From Erysipelothrix inopinata (GTDB lineage: Bacteria > Bacillota_I > Bacilli_A > Erysipelotrichales > Erysipelotrichaceae), in the NCBI RefSeq assembly GCF_014396165.1, contig NZ_CP060715.1:630001-662000 (forward strand): 32,000 nucleotides of DNA. Direction: 5' to 3'. The translations under genes were made by a program, and so were the position numbers. The number at the start of each line of letters is the position of its first letter. Positions within the stretch are counted from its first letter, which is position 1. The notes below the pieces were generated by a model. That model was not told the origin of the DNA. It did no database searches and saw nothing but the letters and a program-made list of their open reading frames with translations. This document shows, one piece after another, positions 15,798-24,022 of this stretch.

Positions 15798-17831
15798 ATG
15801 AAGAAGAAATTCTTTTTGTCATGCCTAGTCGTGGTTTCAATTTTTATTGGCCAGATTGGGATATTTGCTGACACTCCAGAATTAATTTCAGGAGAAAAGA
15901 GTTCTGAGATTGTTACTTCAGTTAACAATCAAGAACAAGCTAATAGTAAAAAAAATAAAATAACTCAAAATGTCGGAGCTGACAATCTTACAGAACATTT
16001 GAAAGTTATTGAATACGGACTTAAGAAAGGTTCTGGCGATGATGCAGTAGTTGTTGATTCGAGTAAGGGACCTATTGAGATTAAAGACGGGGACGTCTTT
16101 ACCTTAAAAGTACATTGGGAAGCTGCTAAAGAATTAAAAAATAACAGTCTGACAGCAGGACAGTACTTTGAATTCAAACTTCCTGAAGGATTCCCTATGG
16201 TTGATAGTTTCCGTATTGAAAATAGTGTTCCATTTGGTCACTATAAATATGACAAACAAACTCAAACTGTAAAATTCATTCTTAACGAAATGGTTCAAAA
16301 TGATGACTTCAAAGAAGATTACAAGGGTGATCTTGAATTAATTCTTAAAGTTGATCGTAAAGAAACTCTCGTAGATGAAATTGTAACTATCATCAATCCA
16401 ATTACTAATAAAACAGACTTTGAGTTTATTATGAAACCAAGTTTATTACACCAAGATATTTCTAAGTCGGGAATACTTGATAAGGACAAAAATGAAATTA
16501 CTTGGAAGATTAATATTAATGAAAATTATAAAAAATTAAATAATGTTGTTATATCTGACGTCCTAGATCCTAATCTAGAACTTGTCTCCGTCACAGTTCA
16601 AGACTACCAAATGAATGCTGTGAGTGGAAAAAAATCATATTCAGATGAAGCAACTCAATTAGAAAAAGACAAAAATTATTCAGTAGGTGAAGGAAATAAT
16701 CTACAAATTGTCCTTGGATCAATCACATCGCCTAAAGAAATCACAATCGTGACTAAAGTTACCAAAGAACATTTTCCTCTAATTGGAAAAGAAGTTCTAA
16801 TTAACAATAAGGCCCATATTAAAAGTGATGAATTAGATAAAGAATCAAATAATGTTCCTATAGCCTATCCCTTGGAAAAAGTTATTAGTAAAGATAATGG
16901 TGTTTATGAAAGTGAAGATAATACTTTCACTTGGAACATTGATATCAATAGTACAAACGTAAACTTCAAAAAAGGAACAATTGTTACTGATAAAATTTAT
17001 CCCGAAAATGCATTTAAATATTTAGAGGACTCTTTTGTGATTACTCATGAAGGAAAAACATATTCAGTTGCATCATTTAATGACGAATTTAAAGATAAAG
17101 TGAAATTAACACTTAATCAAAAAGAAGTTGAAGTTGATGGAAGAAAGGTTCTTAAGGATGATTCATTCACACTTGAATATCTCAGTGATTCAACCGATCA
17201 TTTCGGAATCAAATATACGACTCAAGCAAATTGGGAAGATATGTCTAAAATTGAAGCAAATGGTACAAGTAATACCTTAGCTATCAAGTATGGCGATGAA
17301 GGTGATGAAGTTACAGGTCACGGTAAAGGTTATGGAAAAGGCATCATTGGTAAATATGCTTCAATTGACTATGTAAAACGAGATATCGCATGGCATGTAT
17401 CGGCTAATGAAGGCGGTAAAAGCGGAACAAGCGGAAAACATAGTCTTGATAAAGTAGTTATTAAAGATAAATTAGAGGATGGCAAGAATTTCTTAACTTA
17501 CAAAGATAAATCCTTTGTCATCAAGAAAAATGGGATAGTACTCCTTGATTTAGGAAATAAAGAAAATAGCACATTTGAAATCAAAGAAGAAAAAGTTAGC
17601 GACACAGTACTAAAGGTAACGGGTACGGGAAATCTGGCGAAACATTTGTACTCACAATTGATCATGGTGAAAAAAACTATGAGTTTAACTATGATGAAGC
17701 AGGAAAAATGTTCCGTGCACAATTTGATATTGATTATAAAACAAGCTTTGATGAATTTTACCATAGTGAAATTGACCATGTTGGTCGATTCAAAAATATC
17801 GCAGAAGGTGAATTTACATCGAATGGCGTAA
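15798..17831 (+). CDS. N-terminal fragment of a Cna-like collagen-binding-type LPXTG adhesin. About the last 65 codons are out-of-frame read-through after a frameshift near 17627.
   Basis: SD AAGGAG, signal peptide MKKKFFLSCLVVVSIFIGQIGIFA. Repeated adhesin modules are marked by ITWKININ, FTWNIDIN and IAWHVSAN. After ...KVTGTG the translation turns into low-complexity nonsense, while the -1 frame continues the module. Confidence 0.7.
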   Translation: MKKKFFLSCLVVVSIFIGQIGIFADTPELISGEKSSEIVTSVNNQEQANSKKNKITQNVGADNLTEHLKVIEYGLKKGSGDDAVVVDSSKGPIEIKDGDVFTLKVHWEAAKELKNNSLTAGQYFEFKLPEGFPMVDSFRIENSVPFGHYKYDKQTQTVKFILNEMVQNDDFKEDYKGDLELILKVDRKETLVDEIVTIINPITNKTDFEFIMKPSLLHQDISKSGILDKDKNEITWKININENYKKLNNVVISDVLDPNLELVSVTVQDYQMNAVSGKKSYSDEATQLEKDKNYSVGEGNNLQIVLGSITSPKEITIVTKVTKEHFPLIGKEVLINNKAHIKSDELDKESNNVPIAYPLEKVISKDNGVYESEDNTFTWNIDINSTNVNFKKGTIVTDKIYPENAFKYLEDSFVITHEGKTYSVASFNDEFKDKVKLTLNQKEVEVDGRKVLKDDSFTLEYLSDSTDHFGIKYTTQANWEDMSKIEANGTSNTLAIKYGDEGDEVTGHGKGYGKGIIGKYASIDYVKRDIAWHVSANEGGKSGTSGKHSLDKVVIKDKLEDGKNFLTYKDKSFVIKKNGIVLLDLGNKENSTFEIKEEKVSDTVLKVTGTGNLAKHLYSQLIMVKKTMSLTMMKQEKCSVHNLILIIKQALMNFTIVKLTMLVDSKISQKVNLHRMA

Positions 17832-20800
17832 TCACTCGTGGTAAAGCTACATCAACACAAGAAATTAATCCAGAAGCTAAGAATAACGGATTAAAGACAG
17901 GTGTCTATAATTTCGAAACGAAAGAAATAACATGGGATATCTACCTAAACTACAACGGTAGAGAAACAATTGATTATACAATTAATGACCAATTAGACTT
18001 GCCACAAAAATTCGTAAATGGAAGTATTGAATTACTTGAATACACGATTGACGAAAATGGTAAAACTTATATTAATGAAAATAAGAAGATGAAACTTGAC
18101 GGCTCAGTAACAGATAATGATGCTGGTGCTAACTTGCAAATTAATATTGATGGAAAGAAACTAAATCTTGAAAAAGAAGGCTATTCAAACCGTATTGTTG
18201 TTCGTTTTAAAACATCTGTGAGAGATAATATCAATCAAAAAGATGTCATTAATAATCATGCATTTGTTAAAAACAATCATAATGGTAAAGAGTATCCCCT
18301 TAAAGGATATGTAAATATTCCAAATGGTGGACAATTCATGAGTAAAAGCGTCCGTGAAAATGAAGACAAAAACGGTAAACTTGTCTTAGATTGGACTCTG
18401 CAAGTGAATAAAAGTGCTACAATCTTTGATTCAATGGAAATTGTAGATGCTTTAAATAGTACACATACATACAACGAGGATTCATTTAAAGTAATTGCTG
18501 CAAAAGCAGATAAAAATGGAAATTTAGAAAGAATACGTGAGCTAGATAAAGATGAGTTTGAACTTAGATTTACTGAATCCAAAGATTCTAATGAGCATAC
18601 ATATCAAATTGCAACGATAACTATTAATCCAAGTTTATTAAAAGAGTTACCTACATATATTATTGAATACTCCACAACGCCACTCTTAGAGGTTGGCCAA
18701 GTAACCTATTCAAATAAAGCCGATATGAATGCAACTCATAAAGAAGAAGAATTTAAAACAGTTTCGGTTCCTGTAGACAAATCATACGTATACGGTGTTG
18801 GATCTGCTACAGCTACCAGTCAAAAACTGGCAGTTATCAAAAAAGATAGCGAAGGAAATCCAATTCAAGGTGTTAGATTTGGATTATACTATGCTCGTAC
18901 TGGCAAGCTTGTGAAGGAACAAGTAACCAACGAAAATGGTGAATTGAAATTTGAAAACTTATTTACCACTGAATATATACTTAAGGAATTAGAAACACTG
19001 CCAGGATACGGTATTGAAATTCAATATTTGGAAGGTATCAAACTCCAAGTTAATGATCAAACAACACTTGCTGCAAATTCAAATAATGGCTTAGTGATTA
19101 CAAATCATAAGAATGCCATACGTATAGAAAAGAAATCAGATAGTACCACTACAGATATCAATTTATCAGCAACCTTTGAAGTTCATAAAATGGATGATAA
19201 TTCATTGTTAGGACTCATGACAACAGATGAAAACGGAATTGGATATTTTGATAATAATGGAAAAGGATTACTTCCAGGAAAATATAAAATTGTGGAAAGT
19301 ATTCCAAATGTAGGACATATTAAGAATAATCAAACTTTAGAGATTGAAGTTGCCGAACAACTACTCTATGAAGACGTTGTGGAATTTACAAATTATCAAG
19401 GATCTGTTGTTCTCACAAAGGTTGATAAAAACAATCAAGTAATTACTGATTCTATTCAATTTAACTTGGTTAAAAATGATGAAGTTATTGGTGAATATCT
19501 AACTCAAAATGGAATCATTGAAATTAATAACTTAGAACCAGGAAACTATAAGTTTGTGGAACAAACACCTGAATCAAAGTACTTACGTGGAAACGATTTA
19601 GAATTCGTAGTTTCAGAAAATGAAACAGGAAAACCAGAAACAATTGAACTTACTGCGGTTAACTACAGTGTTAATGCTTCATTTAGTAAAGTAGATAATC
19701 ACGGTTCAGCACTTGAAGGTGCAAAATTCGGACTCTATAAAATAGATGAAGATACTGATGTTACTTATGAAACCTTAGTCAATCCAATTTCTGAAGTGAA
19801 ATCTGACGAAAACGGAAGTGTAAGATTTGAAAAAGTATCAGTAGGATATTATGCAGTAAAAGAAATCGAAGCATCCAAGGGTTATGTATTAAACCAAGAA
19901 GTTATTCGCTTCGAAATCAAAGACGAAATTATCTCAGAAGATAAAGAAATTAATATCTATGAGAGTAACTTCGTGAACTACAAAGGACAAGCAACACTGA
20001 CTAAAAAAGATGGTGTTACAGATGAAGTTCTTGCTGGAGCAACATTCTCAGTCTATAAGGGAAATGATTACTTAAATATAGAGAATAATGAACTTGTTGA
20101 AAGCAATTTAGTAACCAATGAACAAGGTCAAATCGTACTTGAAGATCTTGAAGCAGGAAATTACTTCTTTGTTGAAACGAGAGCTAATGAGGGATACTAT
20201 TTAAATAGTAAATTTGTAGCATTCACCATCGAAGAAACTTCGATAAATGACGCTCAATCATCCATAGAACTAGAACATAGAAACTATCGTGCAAATGTTT
20301 CATTTGTGAAAAACGATGGTGAAAATGGACTGGAAGGCGCAATCTTTGCGTTAGTTAAAGATGGTGTCATTGTTGGTGATAATTATCAATCCAATGAAGA
20401 AGGTGTGGTAACATTCGAAAATATTGGACCTGGTAACTATGAATACTATGAAATAAAAGCACCAAAAGGATATATCATTGAAGACAGAATTTATAATTTC
20501 ACAGTCGAAGATGGTATTGACACACAAGAAACGCTACATTTTGAAGCAACAAATGTAGAAAACCATAAGGGGTCCGTGGTATTTAATAAAGTAGACCAAT
20601 TTGGAAATGCAATTGAGGGAGCTCAGTTTGAACTGAGAACAGATTTAGGGGATGTAATCGCATTATCAGAATCGGATCAAAATGGAATTGTTCGAATCGA
20701 CAATCTTGGATCAGGAAACTATACGATTCATGAAATTAAAGCAGCTACAGGATATATCCTGAATACTGCTAGCATCGACGTTGTAATACCAGAAAAAGCA

Positions 20801-21343
20801 ACTGGTGACTTCGTTTTTGCAACAGAACTCGAAAATAATGAGTTCGTAAACTACCAAGGAACACTTGAAATTCATAAAGTAGATAACGAGGGAAATCATC
20901 TCGATGGTGCAACCTTTAACTTGATGAATGATAAGTATGAAATTATTGATACACTCACAACAGTTAATGGAATTGCTAAACTTGATGAACTCGCACCAGG
21001 AACATACTTTTTAGAAGAAGCGATTGCTCCTAAGGGATACGAGTTATCAAACGAGCGATTTGTAATTGATATACCTGAGAAGTATGAAGGGGAAATAAAC
21101 AAACTCCAACTTGAAGTTGTAAATATTAAGATAGAGGAAGAAATAGTAGAACCTAAACCAGATCAAGAGGATGAGGTAGAAGTTCTCGGTGTTACTAAAA
21201 AACCTAAGCAGGATGCATTAGAAAGCACGACTAAATTACCAAGTACTGGACTTGATAACAATGTTGTAATCTATCAATACTTGATGATTATGGCTGGAAT
21301 TACATTTGTATTCTTTGGATTTAAGAAGAAAAACAATAATTAA
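17708..21343 (+). CDS. C-terminal fragment of the same adhesin: 2 further Cna-A-like modules, 8 CnaB-type (prealbumin-like) stalk domains and an LPSTG sorting signal
   Basis: The frame is open from 17600, upstream of the first ATG at 17708, with no SD. There are eight repeats of the pattern xxKxDxxGxxLxGAxFxL...ENGxxxxxxLxxGxYxxxExxAPxGY. The C-terminus is LPSTG + hydrophobic helix + KKKNNN. Confidence 0.75.
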   Translation: MFRAQFDIDYKTSFDEFYHSEIDHVGRFKNIAEGEFTSNGVITRGKATSTQEINPEAKNNGLKTGVYNFETKEITWDIYLNYNGRETIDYTINDQLDLPQKFVNGSIELLEYTIDENGKTYINENKKMKLDGSVTDNDAGANLQINIDGKKLNLEKEGYSNRIVVRFKTSVRDNINQKDVINNHAFVKNNHNGKEYPLKGYVNIPNGGQFMSKSVRENEDKNGKLVLDWTLQVNKSATIFDSMEIVDALNSTHTYNEDSFKVIAAKADKNGNLERIRELDKDEFELRFTESKDSNEHTYQIATITINPSLLKELPTYIIEYSTTPLLEVGQVTYSNKADMNATHKEEEFKTVSVPVDKSYVYGVGSATATSQKLAVIKKDSEGNPIQGVRFGLYYARTGKLVKEQVTNENGELKFENLFTTEYILKELETLPGYGIEIQYLEGIKLQVNDQTTLAANSNNGLVITNHKNAIRIEKKSDSTTTDINLSATFEVHKMDDNSLLGLMTTDENGIGYFDNNGKGLLPGKYKIVESIPNVGHIKNNQTLEIEVAEQLLYEDVVEFTNYQGSVVLTKVDKNNQVITDSIQFNLVKNDEVIGEYLTQNGIIEINNLEPGNYKFVEQTPESKYLRGNDLEFVVSENETGKPETIELTAVNYSVNASFSKVDNHGSALEGAKFGLYKIDEDTDVTYETLVNPISEVKSDENGSVRFEKVSVGYYAVKEIEASKGYVLNQEVIRFEIKDEIISEDKEINIYESNFVNYKGQATLTKKDGVTDEVLAGATFSVYKGNDYLNIENNELVESNLVTNEQGQIVLEDLEAGNYFFVETRANEGYYLNSKFVAFTIEETSINDAQSSIELEHRNYRANVSFVKNDGENGLEGAIFALVKDGVIVGDNYQSNEEGVVTFENIGPGNYEYYEIKAPKGYIIEDRIYNFTVEDGIDTQETLHFEATNVENHKGSVVFNKVDQFGNAIEGAQFELRTDLGDVIALSESDQNGIVRIDNLGSGNYTIHEIKAATGYILNTASIDVVIPEKATGDFVFATELENNEFVNYQGTLEIHKVDNEGNHLDGATFNLMNDKYEIIDTLTTVNGIAKLDELAPGTYFLEEAIAPKGYELSNERFVIDIPEKYEGEINKLQLEVVNIKIEEEIVEPKPDQEDEVEVLGVTKKPKQDALESTTKLPSTGLDNNVVIYQYLMIMAGITFVFFGFKKKNNN

Positions 21344-21351
21344 AGTGATAT

Positions 21352-21394
21352 AAAGATACCTCCATGTGGAATGAATCCATAGGAGGTATCTTTT
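21352..21394 (+). terminator. Intrinsic terminator of the Cna-like adhesin gene
   Basis: aaagatacctcc (21352-21363) pairs with ggaggtatcttt (21382-21393). An inner tgga/tcca pairing is present, and the hairpin is followed by T-rich sequence. Confidence 0.7.
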
Positions 21395-21399
21395 ATTAT

Positions 21400-21426
21400 A
21401 AAAAACCTCTCGAACTTTACGAGAGG
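21400..21426 (-). terminator. Intrinsic terminator of proC
   Basis: Minus strand reads CCTCTCG-TAAAGTT-CGAGAGG followed by TTTTTTATAAT, located 10 nt after the proC stop. Confidence 0.65.
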
Positions 21427-21436
21427 TGAGACTGTA

Positions 21437-22210
21437 TTATCCAAGTTTATCTTTTTTAATTGTCGCAGCGACAGCTTCATTTACAATTTCATTAAAATTA
21501 TTATTGTCGAGGGATTGTACACCTTCAATGGTTGTTCCTCCAGGAGAGCATACTTTTACAACCAATTCTTGGGCAGTGTTTGAACTTTGTTGAAGAAAAT
21601 CAGCACTTCCTTTCACTGCAGAAACTGTGATTGCGAGTGCCTCGTTAAAATCCATTCCTTCTTCGACTGCTTGGTTCATGAGAGCATCAATGAATTTAAA
21701 GATGAAAGCAGGAGAACTTCCCGCAATTCCAATAAAAGCGCTGAATAGTTTTTCTTCGACTTCAAATACCTCACCGACATTCGAAAAGATACTTTTTACG
21801 AGTTCATAGTTTTCCTCAGTAACGCGTTCATTTCTTGTAATTGCAGATGTGCTTTGTTTGATCGTTGCGTTAAGGTTTGGCATAACACGTATAATGGGCA
21901 CTAAACCGAGATAGTTTTCTAAATCTTTGATTGTCTTTTTTGCGGCAATTGAAACACAAACCTTATTACCTACAAGATCTTTAATTTCACTTGAAACTGA
22001 TTCAAGCATTTCAGGTTTTACACAAAGAATAATGATATCAACTTGTTCAACAAGATCACGATTACTTTTAGTAGCATTTACCCCTAATGTTTTTGCCTTT
22101 TCTAAAGTGCTCTCGGGAGTGCTTGAGCTAATGTATACGGACTTCTTATCACTGATTCCTTCAATTATAGCGGAAGCCATATTTCCAATTCCAATAAATC
22201 CAATTTTCAT
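21437..22210 (-). CDS. proC: Pyrroline-5-carboxylate reductase
   Basis: MKIGFIGIGNMASAII is a Rossmann GxGxxG motif. The C-terminal VCSPGGTTIEGV is the P5CR signature. SD AAGAGG is present. Confidence 0.9.
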   Translation of the reverse strand: MKIGFIGIGNMASAIIEGISDKKSVYISSSTPESTLEKAKTLGVNATKSNRDLVEQVDIIILCVKPEMLESVSSEIKDLVGNKVCVSIAAKKTIKDLENYLGLVPIIRVMPNLNATIKQSTSAITRNERVTEENYELVKSIFSNVGEVFEVEEKLFSAFIGIAGSSPAFIFKFIDALMNQAVEEGMDFNEALAITVSAVKGSADFLQQSSNTAQELVVKVCSPGGTTIEGVQSLDNNNFNEIVNEAVAATIKKDKLG

Positions 22211-22226
22211 AGTTAACCTCTTTCTT

Positions 22227-23537
22227 TTAAAGTAAATTTGAACGAGCTGTCGATTTTAAATTTAAAATAAGATCTCGTAGTTCTTCTATTTCAGAAGACA
22301 GATTGGGTGATGTCGTTCGTGGTTTTGTGCCGTAGAGTCCTGACTCATAACGGTTTCTGATATTGTGATTGGGTTGAGATGGTGAGAGCGTTTCAATACA
22401 ATCAACACTATGTTTTAACTTAATGACTTGTGATAAATAGATTGAATGTGGGTCAACCAAATTAAGAATATCGTTAGAATTGCATGATAGAATAACCTGA
22501 CCATCAATTTTAGAGATAATATGGTCTATCATGAATTGAAGAGGGTACAAATGAAGAACGCCTTCAAAATCATCAATAATTAAAGTTGAACCGGATAATG
22601 CATTCGAAAATTCAATAATGTTATCAGTAAGATGTCTCAGTCCGGATGGTAAAGCATGCTCGGGAATAATGTAAACTCCTTCAGGATTTTGCTGCAGATG
22701 TTCAACATAAAACGAATACGAATTACCACCGATATACTCAAATTTATAGCGTGATTGGACAATACTAGGGAATATACTGGAAATGATTTCTGTAAGTATC
22801 GGTGTTGTTTTTTCAAAGATATGTTTGAAATCCTGGCTTACAGTTCCACGTGTTAAATGCAAATCGGTATCGAGCATAAAGTTGAAGAAATCATTGTAGT
22901 TATAGTAGTTCGTAATAGAGATATGCAAATCTTGTATAAAATTTAGTAAAGATGTCAGGCGTGGATGGAACAGATGTCCATTCGAGAAACGATGACTGTA
23001 TAAGAGTAATGAGAGACAGGTATATTGATTCTTGTACTTGGTCACTAACATTTTTAAGGTATCTAGATTACGCGAAGGTGAGATAGCACTTTTAAGGTAA
23101 ACTTCGTCATCTGAAACACAAAAAACGAGAACAGAACGACGACTACTCGTTCTCACGAGTGATTCGGAAATAAGGTTATAAGTGTTATCGAAAACAAGTT
23201 CATAGATGTAAGTATAACCATCAACGATAATTTCATAAACAAGTACCATCGGTGCTTGTGCATTGATTCTAAAGTTAGCTTTTACCTCGTCTGTTAGATT
23301 GAAACGTGGTACTTTGTGTTCATATTTTGATCTTTTACGATTATTGTGGATTTGATTGATGGTATAGCCATCTGAGAGTTTACGAAAAAAAGCAAGAGAA
23401 ATAAGAAGTGACGTCTTGCCGCTTCCATTGTCCCCAAAAAGATAAATACGATCTTTGACAGAACCTCTGCCATTTTTAAACACGACTCTCTCAGAGTCAA
23501 AGCATCGAAAGTTTCTGAGAAAAACTGAACCAAACAT
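22227..23537 (-). CDS. Stand-alone ABC-type ATPase of the AAA_21/COG1106 kind (no fused effector domain)
   Basis: N-terminal FLRNFRCF...LFGDNGSGKTSLL (Walker A), ABC-signature-like LPSGLRHL, Walker B/H-loop STLIIDDFEGVLHLYP, and a C-terminal RNRYESGLYG motif. SD AAGGAG is present. The stop lies 16 nt before the proC ATG. Confidence 0.7.
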   Translation of the reverse strand: MFGSVFLRNFRCFDSERVVFKNGRGSVKDRIYLFGDNGSGKTSLLISLAFFRKLSDGYTINQIHNNRKRSKYEHKVPRFNLTDEVKANFRINAQAPMVLVYEIIVDGYTYIYELVFDNTYNLISESLVRTSSRRSVLVFCVSDDEVYLKSAISPSRNLDTLKMLVTKYKNQYTCLSLLLYSHRFSNGHLFHPRLTSLLNFIQDLHISITNYYNYNDFFNFMLDTDLHLTRGTVSQDFKHIFEKTTPILTEIISSIFPSIVQSRYKFEYIGGNSYSFYVEHLQQNPEGVYIIPEHALPSGLRHLTDNIIEFSNALSGSTLIIDDFEGVLHLYPLQFMIDHIISKIDGQVILSCNSNDILNLVDPHSIYLSQVIKLKHSVDCIETLSPSQPNHNIRNRYESGLYGTKPRTTSPNLSSEIEELRDLILNLKSTARSNLL

Positions 23538-23569
23538 AAAATCACTCCTTTAGATCAAGTAAAAAAGAA

Positions 23570-23941
23570 TTACCACTTAATACTATCGACGACAGCTTTT
23601 GCTTCGGCGAGACCTAAGTTTGAGTTGTCCATAATGAACTTAATTGCTCTAATTTTCTCATTGTTGTTTAAGTAGTTTTTCACAATGTCTTCTTGGTCAC
23701 GGTCTAACTTAAAACTTTGAGTTGGTTGATGCGTTACCTTTGTTTGTGTATAGGTATGAGCGTGAGATTGCTCAAATTTATGTTGATAGGCTGTATCTCT
23801 TTGTTTTTTCTTCTTTTGTTGCTGTTGATTGTGTTTGATATCAAAATCAATATTTCTTTCCTTAAGACGATTCATTAATAACATTATAAAAACGATTAAA
23901 AATAAAATGATACATAAGATTACTAGATTCATAGTAGACAT
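23570..23941 (-). CDS. Membrane-anchored mini-protein (123 aa): N-terminal TM helix, Q/K/H-rich linker, C-terminal L7/L12-CTD-like helix-turn-helix
   Basis: The TM helix is NLVILCIILFLIVFIMLLM and the linker is NQQQQKKKKQRD...HAHTYTQT. The tail EKIRAIKFIMDNSNLGLAEAKAVVDSIK resembles [28 protein letters not shown] of E. coli RplL. The SD is weak (GGTGA). Confidence 0.6.
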   Translation of the reverse strand: MSTMNLVILCIILFLIVFIMLLMNRLKERNIDFDIKHNQQQQKKKKQRDTAYQHKFEQSHAHTYTQTKVTHQPTQSFKLDRDQEDIVKNYLNNNEKIRAIKFIMDNSNLGLAEAKAVVDSIKW

Positions 23942-23964
23942 ACAATCACCGCTTTCTTAACTAT

Positions 23965-23973
23965 ATTATATCA
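23965..23973 (-). promoter_or_regulatory. Extended -10 promoter element (TGATATAAT) for the mini-protein/ATPase/proC unit
   Basis: The minus strand reads TTTTGATATAATATAG, between the upstream gene's terminator (23983-24014) and ATG 23941. Confidence 0.4.
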
Positions 23974-23982
23974 AAACTGTCT

Positions 23983-24014
23983 AAAAAAAATAGAGTTCAG
24001 TTTGAACTCTATTT
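23983..24014 (-). terminator. Intrinsic terminator of the S9 peptidase gene
   Basis: Minus strand reads AAATAGAGTTC-AAACT-GAACTCTA followed by TTTTTTTT. Confidence 0.7.
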
Positions 24015-24022
24015 AAAGTGAT

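Noticed and set aside
17670-17676. An A7 run inside the Cna-like adhesin, considered as the possible site of the frameshift.
   Set aside because: The -1 frame already reads sensible adhesin sequence (GKSGETFVLTIDHGEKN) upstream of this run. The shift must therefore lie before about 17630.
23294-23545. An 83-aa minus-strand ORF overlapping the 5' end of the ATPase gene.
   Set aside because: It is an alternative frame of a gene with clear Walker A in the main frame and a good SD at 23537. It has no SD of its own.
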